The translations under genes were made by a program, and so were the position numbers. Positions 28,278 to 38,500 of a stretch of DNA of 64,000 nt are shown in pieces. The notes beneath the pieces are model-generated. The model was given only the letters and a program-made list of their open reading frames with translations. It was not told the DNA's origin and made no database searches. The stretch spans positions 6,331 through 70,330 of the forward strand of contig CAWEPO010000004.1 in the NCBI GenBank assembly GCA_963811035.1, in the 5' to 3' direction. Within the stretch, counting starts at the first letter, position 1. Each line of letters starts with the position of its first letter. The stretch comes from an uncultured Verrucomicrobiae bacterium (GTDB taxonomy: Bacteria; Verrucomicrobiota; Verrucomicrobiia; Chthoniobacterales; Chthoniobacteraceae).

Positions 28278-29261
28278 TCAGGCGCGCTCGAGCTCGCGGG
28301 CGGTGAGGCGCCGGATGATCTCCTCGAACGGGACGCTATTTTCCCAGCCGAGGATGCGCTTGGCTTTGCCTGGATTGCCGCAGGCGTGGCCGTGCTCCAC
28401 GGTCGTGAGGAGTCCGGAATCGTATTCCACCCAGTCCCCCCAATCGAGGCCGACATAGCTAAAGGCGACTTCGAGAATTTCCTTCACGGAATGGACGCGG
28501 CCGGTGGCGAGGATGAAATCGTCCACGGGATCGGCCTGCAGCATCATCCACATGCCGCGCACGTAATCCGGCGCCCAGCCCCAGTCGCGTTTGCCTTCGA
28601 TGTTGCCGAGCTTCACTTTTTCCCGGGCGCCTTTTTTGATGCGGGCGGCGGCGCGCGCGATCTTCATGGTGACGAAGCCTTCGCTGCGGCGCTCGGACTC
28701 GTGGTTATAGAGAATGGCGGAGCAGGTTTGCAGCCCGTAGGCGATGCGGTAGATGCGGCACATCTGGTGTGAGAAGGCCTTGGCCGCGCCGTACGGCGTG
28801 GTGGGATTGATGGGCGTGGCTTCATCCTGCGGCGAATGCACCGGCGACCCGAAAATTTCGCTGCTGGCGGCGTAGAGAAATTTTGGCGGATCCGGCAAAT
28901 CGCGGATGATCTCGAGCAGGCGCAGGGTGCCCATGCCGATGGAATCGACGGTGGTCTCGGGAAGCTCGAGCGAGAGGCGCGGGCTGGATTGGCCGGCGAG
29001 GTGATACATCTCGTGCGGCTGCGCCTTGGCGATCAGGCGGCGCAGGTGCGTGGCATCCTCGAAGGCGCCGGTGTGGAGGAAGAGGCGGCGATCGAGCAGC
29101 TCGGGATTTGAAGCGAGGTGCCGGATATTGCCTTCATGCAGCGACGAAGGCCGATGCACGAGGCCATGCACGATGTACCCTTTTTCGAGCAGGAGCTCGC
29201 AAAGGTAGGAGCCATCCTGACCGGTGACGCCGGTGATGAAAGCGCGCGGGGCGTCAGACAT
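28278..29261 (-). CDS. gmd: GDP-mannose 4,6-dehydratase
   Basis: AFITGVTGQDGSYLCELLLEKGYIVHGL...PYGAAKAFSHQMCRIYRIAYGLQ...ILYNHESERRSEGFVTMKI...LGNIEGKRDWGWAPDYVRGMWMMLQ. These are the hallmark Gmd SDR motifs. Confidence 0.92.
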   Translation of the reverse strand: MSDAPRAFITGVTGQDGSYLCELLLEKGYIVHGLVHRPSSLHEGNIRHLASNPELLDRRLFLHTGAFEDATHLRRLIAKAQPHEMYHLAGQSSPRLSLELPETTVDSIGMGTLRLLEIIRDLPDPPKFLYAASSEIFGSPVHSPQDEATPINPTTPYGAAKAFSHQMCRIYRIAYGLQTCSAILYNHESERRSEGFVTMKIARAAARIKKGAREKVKLGNIEGKRDWGWAPDYVRGMWMMLQADPVDDFILATGRVHSVKEILEVAFSYVGLDWGDWVEYDSGLLTTVEHGHACGNPGKAKRILGWENSVPFEEIIRRLTARELERA

Positions 29262-29525
29262 TCGCGAACTGGATCACGTCAAGCAAGCTGCCGCCCTTGG
29301 TGAATGCGGGGGCGCAAACACCTTGGCGCGAGGTGGCAGCATGAAGTTCGCAAGCTCGGAGGGAGGCGCGGACAAATTTCATGTAAGGCGGAGTTGCAGG
29401 CCCTGCAAGGACTGCCGGGGAAGGTGGCGCAATTTGAAACGGGAACGTCTCACCAGCGCGAAGATGGACGGGCACGTACGCTTGGGCGAAGGACGGTCAA
29501 CTTACGCCGCTTCCCGCGGAATCGA

Positions 29526-32500
29526 TCAGCTCTTGCGGCGGCGGCGGAAGGCGCCGAGGAGGAGGGCGCCGGTGGCGAGGAGGGCGGTGGAGGCGGGCTC
29601 GGGGACGGCGGCGAGCGGGAGGCCGCCGGTGTAGCTGTCGCCGAATTGGGCCTGGCGGGAGCCGAGGAGCTCGGGCGAGAGCGGGGCGCCGGTCTGGAAG
29701 GCGTAGGCGGTGTCGATCAGCGAGTAGTCCATGCCGTCGATCGCGTTGTCGTAGTTGAAGTCGCCGTTGAGCCAGTTGATCGCGGGATCGTTGAGCGGGT
29801 CGGTGTCGTGGAGCAGGTTGTAGGCGCTGTCGATGCGGGTGTAGTCCGCGCCGGTGACGGTGCCGTCGAGGTTGGTGTCGCCGTAGTAGGTGTAGCGGAC
29901 GAGGATCGAGTTCAGGCCCGGATTGCGGCCCCCCATGAACGGGTTGCTGCCGTCGTAAATGGCCGTGCCGCCGAGGTTGTTGTTCAGGATGCCGATGGCG
30001 GTGATGTACTGCGCATCGGACGCGGCGGCGGAGCTCCGGAGGCCGGGGCCGTCCCAGAGGCCGGTGTTGTAGGCGCTGGTGATCGAGGCATCGAGCGAGG
30101 CGAAGACGCTGCCGCCGCCGTCAACGACGAGGGCGTTGTTGGTGAGGTCGAGGGTCGCCGCGGAGTCGAGGGTGAGGGCGCCGGTGCTGAGGACTTTGTT
30201 GCCGCCGGCGGTGATGGTGACATTGGCGCCCGCGGCGACGCTGAGCGAGAGGAGGCGGTGGTTCGGGTTGGCGGCGGTGGTGTCCCCGGCCCCGAAGTTG
30301 ACCGTGCCGGCGGCGACGCTGGCGTTGAGCGTGTTCGTGCCGGTGGCGCCGGTGAGGGTGAGCGCGCCGGCGCCGGTCTTGGTGAGCGTGCCGCTCGCGG
30401 AGGCGGCGATGGGGCCGGCGATGCTGAGGGTGACGCCGCTGTTGGTCTCGATCCCGCCGCCGAGGGTGGTGACGGTGACGCCGCGATTGGCGCTGAGCCC
30501 GAAGGTGGCCGTGGCGCGGAGTTTGCCGCTGTTGAGCGTGAGGCTCGTGGCGGTGGGCGAGGCCGGCGTGGCGCCGAGGTTCGCTTCGATCGAAGCGCGG
30601 ACTTCGCCGCCATCGATGGAGGTGAGGCCGGTGTAAGTGTTCGTGCCGCTGAGGACCAGCGCGCCGGGGCCGGTCTTGGTGACGTTGCCGCCGCTGACCA
30701 CGCCGGACGCGGTGAGGACGTTCGCGCCCGTCACGTCAAAGGTGCCGGTGCCGGTGATCGCGATGGTGCGGTTCGCGCCGAGATCGACGGCGGCGCCGGT
30801 GTTGCGCAGCGTGGCGTCGGTGATCGCGATGGTGTTGGTGGCCGAGCCGTCGCCGAGATTGTTGCTGGCGCCGATGCTGACGAGGCCCGCGCCGATGGTG
30901 GTGGCGCCGCTGTAGGTGTTTGCGCCGCTGAGGACCGCCGTGCCGCTGCCGGCCTTGGTGAAGGCGCCGCCGCTGATCACGCCGGGGAGGGTGAGGACAT
31001 TCGCGCCGGTCGATTCGATGGTGCCGGTGCCGGTGATCGCGATGGTGCGGTTCGCGCCGAGATCGACGGCGGCGCCGGTGTTGCGCAGCGTGGCGTTGGT
31101 GATGGCGAGCGTGTTGGTGGCCGAGGCGTTGCCGAGGTTGTTGCTCGCGCCGATGCTCACCACGCCGCCGGTGATGATGGTCGCGCCGCTGTAAGTGTTC
31201 GGGCCGCTGAGCACCAGGGTGCCGCCGCCGGTCTTGGAGAGCGCCTTCGCGCCGCCGACCGCGCCGGAGAGCGTGAGGCCGTGCGTATTGGCGACGGAGA
31301 CGGTGGTGTCGCTCGCCATCTGCACCGGCGCGCTGATCGTGTGATTGCCGGCGGTGTTGGTGATCGTCGCGGCGCTTGCGCCGTTGTCGAGGGTGAGCGT
31401 GCCGCCGCTGCCCTGCGCGAGGGTGAAGGTGTTGGCGGCGTTGTTGAAGGTGACCGCGCTGACCACCGGGCTGACGCCATTGAGGGAGACCACGGTGTTG
31501 CTGGTGATGCCGCTCGAGAAGAGCGCGGTGTCGCCCGCGATGCCGGCGAGGCCGGGGGTGCCGGCGAGCACGGAGGAGAGCGTGTCTTTCCAGTTGCTGT
31601 GGTTGTCCCAGTTCGCGCTGCCCGTGTTGTTCCACTGGGCCTTGCCGGAGTAAACATCGGCGCTGTAGGCGATGCTCACCGGCGCGTAGGCGCTCTCGTT
31701 GAGCAGGCCGGCGCCGCCATTTTCCAGCGTGGTGACGCCGACGGTGATCGCGCCGCTGATCGGGCCGGGCGTGCTGAACGCGCCGCTGAAGTTGCGGGTG
31801 CCGGTCTGCGGCGACGCGCTGCCATCGAGATCGGTGGCGCTGCCGGTGACGGTGATGCCGTTGGAGGTGGAGCCGGTCGCGGCGACGCGCGTGCTGGTGG
31901 TGGCCGCGACGAGGCCGGTGCTGCTGAAGGCGTTCGTGCTGCCGCTCACCGAGGCGCCCTGGTGGACGAGGCCGATGCTGGTCGTGGCGGGATTGGTGAT
32001 GGTGCGGGCGTTCACCGCGGTGCCGCTGAAGGTGACGCTGGCGGCATTGGTGACCGCGCCGGCGAGCTCGTCGGTGGCGTTCAGATTGAAGGTGCCGCCG
32101 ATCGCGTTGCCGGCCGTGCCGGTGACGGTGCCGCCGATCGCGCGGGTGATGTTGTTGCTCGCGGCGCTGCCGTCGATGGAGGTCGGGCCACCGCTGAGGG
32201 TGAGCCCGTTGATCGCGCTGCCGCTGTAGGCGAGGAGCGTGGAATCGGTGGTGACGTTGTGCAGGCCGGCAGTGGTGATCACCGCGTTCTGCGCGGAGAG
32301 CGCATTGCCGATCACGAGGCGGCCGAAGGCGAGCGTGCCCGGGTTCGTGAACGCGCGCTGGTTCACACCGTTCACGGTGTAAGCGACGCTGGCGGCGTTG
32401 GTGACGGCGCCGGCGAGCTCATCGGTGGCGTTCAGGTTGAAGGTGCCGGTGAGCGTGCCGGCGGTGCCGGTGAGCGTGCCATTGATGTTGCGGACGATGT

Positions 32501-35500
32501 TGTCGCTCGAGTTCGTGCCCAGGATCTGGTTCGGTCCGCCGCTGAGCGTGAGGCCATTGATGGCGCTGCCGGCGTAAGCGGCGAGCGTCGAATCGGTGGT
32601 GGTGGCGTGCAGGCCGCTCGTGGTGATCGTGGCGTTCTGGTTGATCGTGGCGCCGAGGAGCTTGCGGCCGAGGTCGACCGTGCCGGGGCCGGTGAAGAGG
32701 CGCTGCGCGACCTGGTTCACCGTGAAGCTGACGGCGGCGGCGTTGGTGACCGCGCCGGCGAGCTCATCGGTGGCGTTCAGGTTGAACGTCCCATTGATCA
32801 CGCCGGTGCCGCTGAAGGTGCCGCTGATCGTGCGGCTGATGTTATCGCTCGCGTTCGTGCCATTGATGAAGCTCGGGCCGCCGGTGAGGGTGAGGCCGTT
32901 GATCGTGCTGCCGGCGTAAGCGAGGAGCGTCGAATCGGTGGTGGTGAGGTGCAGCCCGCTGGTCGTGATGATGACGTTCTGGCTGAGCGTGGCGCCATTG
33001 AGCACGCGGCCGAAATCGACGGTGGCCGGGTTGGTGAAGAGGCGCTGATTGACGCCGTTCACCGTGTAGCTGACCGACGCGGCATTCGTGAGGACGCCCG
33101 CGATTTCATCGGTCTCGTTCAAATTGAACGTGCCGGTGAGGATGCCCGCGGTGCCGGTGAGATTGCCGCTGACGGTGCGGTTGATGTTGTCGCTGGCATT
33201 GGCGCCGTTGATCACGGACGGGCCGCCGGTGAGCGTGAGCCCATTGATCGCGCTGCCGCTGTACGCGGCCAGCGTGCTGTCGCTGGTGGTGGCGTGCAGG
33301 CCGGAGGTGGTGATGGTGGCGCCCTGGCTGAGCGCGCTGCCGAGCAGGACGCGGCCGAAATCGATCTGGCCGGGGCTGGTGAAGGCGCGCTTGTTGATCG
33401 CGGTGCCGGTGTACGAGACGCTCGCGGCATTCGTGACTGCGCCGGCGAGCTCATCGGTCGCGTTCAGATTGAAGGTGCCGCTGACGGTGCTGCCCGCCGT
33501 GCCGGTGAGCGTGCCGTTGATGTTGCGGACGATGTTATCGCTGGCGTTGGCGCCGAGGATCGAGGTGGGGCCGCCGCTCAGGGTGAGGCCATTGCTCGTC
33601 CCGCCCGCGTAAGCGGCCAGCGTGGAATCCGTGGTGGTGGCGTGCAGGCCCGAGGTGGTGATCGTGGCGTTCTGATTGACCGCGAAGCCGATCAGGCGGC
33701 GGCCAAGATCGATCGTGGCCGGGCTGGTGAAGAGCCGCTGGTTCACGCCGTTGACCGTGTAGCTGATGCTCGCGGCATTCGTGACCGAGCCGGCCAGCTC
33801 ATCGGTGGCGTTCATATTGAACGTGCCGGTGAGCGTGCCCGCCGTGCCGGCGAGCGTGCCGGTGATGGTGCGGCCAATGTTATTCGAGGCGATGCTGCCA
33901 TCGACGAAGTTCGGCCCGCCGCTGAGCGTGAGGCCGTTGATCGCGCTGCCGCCGTAGGCGAGCAGCGTCGAATCGGTGGTATCGGCGTGCAGGCCCGAAG
34001 TGGTGATCGTGGCCGCCTGATTGAACGTAGTGCCGAGGAGCACGCGGCCGAGATCGACCGTGGCCGGGCTGCCGAAGGTGCGCTGGTTCACCTGGTTCAC
34101 CGTGAACTGCACCGCCGCCGCGTTCGTGACCGCGCCAGCCAGCTCATCGGTGGCATTCAGGTTGAACGTGCCATTGATGACGCCGGTGCCGCTGAAGGTG
34201 CCGCTGATCGTGCGGTTGATCGTGTCGTTCGCATTCGTGCCGAGGATCGCATCCGGCCCGCCGGTGAGCGTAAGACCGTTGATCGCGCTGCCGCCGTAGG
34301 CCAGCAGCGTGGAATCGGTGGTGGTGGCGTGCAGCCCGCTGGTGGTGATCATCACCCCCTGGCTGAGCACGGCGCCATTGAGCACCCGGCCGAAATTGAC
34401 GATGCCGGGATTCGTGAAGAGACGCTGGTTCACGCCATTCGCCGTGAAGCTCACGCTGGCGGCGTTGGAAACCGCACCCGCAAGCTCGTCGGTGGCGTTG
34501 AGATTGAACGTGCCGGAGAGCGTGCCCGCGGTGCCGGCCAGCGTGCCGGTGATGCTGCGGAGGATGTTGTCGCTGGCGTTCGTGCCGAGGATGGCGTCAG
34601 GCCCGCCGCTGAGCGTAAGGCCATTGATCGCGCCGCCCGCATAGGCCGCGAGCGTGGAATCGGTGGTGACCGCGTGCAGGCCGGCGGTGGTGATCGTCGC
34701 GGAATGATTGAACGTGGTGCCGAGCAGGACGCGGCCGAGATCCACGGTGCCGGGACTGCCAAAGAGTCGCTGGTTGAGCGCGTCGACGGTGTAGCTGACG
34801 CTCGCGGCATTCGTGACCCCGCCGGCAAGCTCATCCGTGGCGTTCAGGTTGAACGTGCCGGTGAGCGTGCCCGCGGTGCCGCTGAGGGTGCCGCTGATCG
34901 CGCGGACGATGTTGTCGCTGGAATTGCTGCCGTCGATAAACGCATCCGCGCCGGTAAGGGTAAGCCCGTTGATCGCGCTGCCGCCGTAAGCGAGGAGCGT
35001 GGAATCGGTGGTGACGTTGTGCAGGCCGGCCGTGGTGATGGTGGCGTTTTGGCTGAGCGTGCTGCCGAGGAGGCGGCGACCGAGGCTGACCGTGCCGGGG
35101 CTGGTGAAGGTGCGCTGATTGACCGGGTTGCCGGTGACATTGACCGTGAGCGTGCCAAGGCTGCCGGCGCCGAGGATGCTGGCGTCATCGGCGAAGGTGA
35201 AGGTCTGGCCGCCTGTAAACACGCCCGCGGTGGCGGTGTTGAGGCTGTAGTTGTAGAGCGAGCCGTCGCCGCTGGCCACGACGCCGGTGCTGTTTGCGCC
35301 GCCGCCGGTGAAGCCGGAGGGCAGAGCGCCCGCGGTCCAGGTGATGCCGCCGGTGTTCGCCACCGGAGTGCCGAAGGTGTCGTTGCTGATGGTGACGCCC
35401 TGCGCGGCGGGCGAGGAGCCGACGAGCACGCGGCCGAAGTCGAGCGTGGAGGTGGGCAGCTTGGTGGGCGTGCCGTGGCGGAAGACGTTCACGGTGCCGT

Positions 35501-38500
35501 TGATCGTGGCCGCGGTCGTGACCGAACCAAGGTCGGTGTTCGTCACGGCCCAAGTCTGCGCGCCGAGCGAGGCGCCGGTCTGGATGGTGCCGGTGACCGC
35601 CTGCGGAGTGCCGACGACGACCGCCGTGCCGTTGGCGGGGGTGAAGGAATCCACCGTGAGGCTCCCCGTCGAGGAGAGACCCACGAGCAGATCAATCGAC
35701 TGCGTGGGCGCCGTATTGGTGAGCGTCCCGGTGAGCGGCACGCCGGTATTGACGAAGGCATTCACCGTCGCCGCGCTGGTGCGGGCGAACGACTGATCGG
35801 CCAGGTGCTGGAGCGCGACTTCATTCGCGAAATAGGTGACCGCGTAGTTCGCCGGGAGCGTGCCGTTGGTGAACGTGCCGGTGCGGGTGCCGGTGAAGGA
35901 GAGGACGGTGTATTTGCCCTGATCCGGAGCGGAGATGGAGTTGAAGCTGATCGTGCCGCCGGTGAGATTTACGTTGGCATTGGCGCCGGTGAGGGCGACC
36001 AGGTCGACGTTGTTCGCGCCTGCGCCGACATCGGCGAGGTAAGAGCCGGCGACCGTGAGAGCGGTGGTGTTGGCCGCGCCAATCGTGAGCGTGCCGACGG
36101 TGCCCGCGGTGGCGACCGAGCCAGGCGAGAGGAAGGTGCCGCTATTGATGGTCACCGCGGCGGCATTGCTGCCGTTGCCGCCGAGGGTGCTGCCGCTGGC
36201 AGCGAGGGTGACCACGGTGCCGGTGGCGCCGTTGTTCGTGCCGTTGAGGAGCAGCGTGCCGAGATTGACGTTGGTCTGACCGGTGTAGCTGTTCGTGCCC
36301 GCAAGGATGAGGGTGCCGGCCGTGGTCTTCGAGATCGCGGCGCCACTATTAATCTGGGCGACATTCCGAAGCGTGCCGGAGGCGAAGGTGAGGCTGGTGA
36401 GATTGCTGCCGGCGACGGCGCCGCCGATGCGATTGCCGCCCATCTCGAGGGTGCCGCCGTTGAGATTGAGGACGGCGGTGCTGGTGCCGGTGGCGGTGCC
36501 GCGAATGATATCGCCGGCGACGGTGAGCGATCCGCCGGTCACATTGATCGTGCCGTTCGCGGTGCCGGCCGCGACCGTGGCCTGGCCGAGACGGATGGAA
36601 TTGCCGCCATTCGCGCCAATGGTGACGGTGGAGCCAGCGACGTTCAACGTGCCGGAGCTGGAGCCGTTGTTGGAGGCGTTCACGCCCAACTGGACGGGGT
36701 TCGCAACTGCGTTCACCGTCACGGTGCCGCCCTGGAAATTCAGGGTGCCCGCGTTGGCACCGCCAGTCGTAGCGGAGCCTTTGTTTCCCGCGGTGATCTC
36801 ATTCACGTCGACCGTCCCGGTATCGAAGCTGAAGGTACCGGTCGCGCTGCCGGTGTTCGCTCCCGTCCGGCCCGCAACGACCAAGGTGCCGAGGCGGAGG
36901 TCTGCATTATGGCCAAGCGTGTCGAAGAGGCCGACGAAGCTGCCGCCGGTGGCGGCGACCGAGCTGACCACGTTCATATCCGCGCGGCCGTTCACGGGAT
37001 CCGCGGCGCTGCGGATAACGAGCGAACCCGTGGCGCCATCGAAGTTCAGGGTGCCGCCGGAGCGGCCGGGGCCAGTGCTGTTCGATCCGACGTTGATGGT
37101 GTTTGCGTTGAGCGTATTCACGCCGCCGCCGAGGCGTAGCGTGTGAGTCACGCTTTGAGTCGCGGCATCGCCAATCCCGAGCGTGCCCGCTGTGATGGTG
37201 CTGGTGGCCGGCAAGCGGAGCGTGGAGGCGCCGACCGCGCCTGCATTACCGCCGGCGTTGTTGTCGCCCACGCGGAAGGTGCCCGTGGTGCCGAGGCTCG
37301 CGGTAAGGGCGGAGAGTCCGGTCAGATTTGCGGTCGCTGCGTCCGCATTCGTCGCGCCCGTGGCGCCGCCAACGATGAAGGTGCCACCGGAACTGATTTG
37401 GGCGAGCGTGCCGCCACCGGTAAAGTTCACGTTCGTGATATCTGCGGCGGACGTGTTCGAGCCTAGCGTGACATTGCCGTTGACGGTCAGCGTTTTGCCG
37501 GAGCCGATCTTGATCTCGTTAGTGACCGCGTTGGTATTCGACGCAACGGTGAGGCTGCCAACGGTCTGGCTAAAGTTGGTGGCGTCGAGGATACCGCCCG
37601 TCGCGAGCGTGGTGTTGGAGGTGCCAACGGTGAGCGCGGTGGTGATCGGCAGCGTGTTGTCGGCGCCGATGGTGAGGGTGCCGGCGACGACTTGGGTGGC
37701 GCCGGTGTAAAGATTGGCGCCGGTGAGAGTGAAGTTGCCCGTGCCGACCTTCACGAGGGTGAGGGCTTGGGCGGCATTGGCGATGACGCCGTCGAAGGTG
37801 CTCGTGGCGGCGGTTGCATTGTCATTGGCGGCGATGCCGCCGACCGTGAGCGTGGCCACGGCCGTGCCCGCGTTGGTGATCAAACCGGTGCCGGCGATCT
37901 GCTGGCTGATCTGCCCGACGTTGGTCGTCGTGATGCCGTTGAGGTCGTAGACCGCGCCGGCGTTCACCGTGAGCAAGCTGGAATTCGGGAGCGCGTTGGT
38001 GACGCCGTTCTTCAGGACGCCGCCGGAAACAGTGATGGGCGCGGCGTTGAAATTGGCGTTCGTATTGGCGAAGGAGACGGTGAGCGCGCCCGGCCCGGCC
38101 TTGATCAAGCCGCCGGCGGAAGTGCTGCTGAGCGCGCCGCTGAGGGTGCCGGTGACGGCGGGACTGGTGACGGTGATCGTGCGGGCGACCGCGCCGAGAT
38201 TGACCGTGCCGGCGAGGTTCAGATTGTTCGTACTGACGGTGCCGCCGAAGGTGAAGTCGCGGTTCACGACGACCGGGATGGCGTTCGTCGTGAGGCCGGC
38301 GCTGCCCGCCATGATGGTGAGCGGCACGGTGTTCGCGGTGGTGGCGTCGCCGATGGTGAAGGTGCCGGCGACGGTGCCGAGCGCGGCGGCGTTGTTGAGG
38401 ATGAGCGAGCCGTTGGTCAGCTTCACGCCGGTGGTGAAGGTGTTCGCGCCGGAGAGCGCGAGGACGCCATTGCCGGTCTTTTCGATCTGGCCGCCGGCGG

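Noticed and set aside
29277-29282. A TTGACG hexamer (coding strand) upstream of gmd as a -35 promoter element
   Set aside because: It ends only about 15 nt before the gmd ATG (29261). That leaves no room for a spacer, a -10 box and a transcription start, and no matching -10 was seen.
29394-29408. The inverted repeat TTGCAGG-C-CCTGCAA as an intrinsic terminator of the giant gene
   Set aside because: The stem is short, the loop is only 1-3 nt and no downstream U-tract follows on the coding strand. I kept it only as a note in the intergenic finding.
30637-35830. The possibility that the regular repeats are a CRISPR array or a mobile-element repeat
   Set aside because: The units are 279 or 342-348 nt long, directly adjacent with no spacers, always multiples of 3, and lie inside one open reading frame. 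These are coding tandem repeats. No cas, transposase or integrase genes were recognised anywhere in the window.
29304-37139. A 2,611-aa plus-strand ORF and other very long plus-strand ORFs (39264..42011, 44007..46562, 49401..52202, 52569..56756, 57990..60014) antisense to the giant gene
   Set aside because: Their translations are low-complexity G/A/R/E/D/V strings with no recognisable motifs, and they mirror the repeat structure of the minus strand. The minus frame is uninterrupted for 34 kb and contains recognisable PEP-CTERM, PA14-like and repeat signatures. Stop-free antisense frames are expected opposite GC-rich Gly/Ala/Thr/Val codons.
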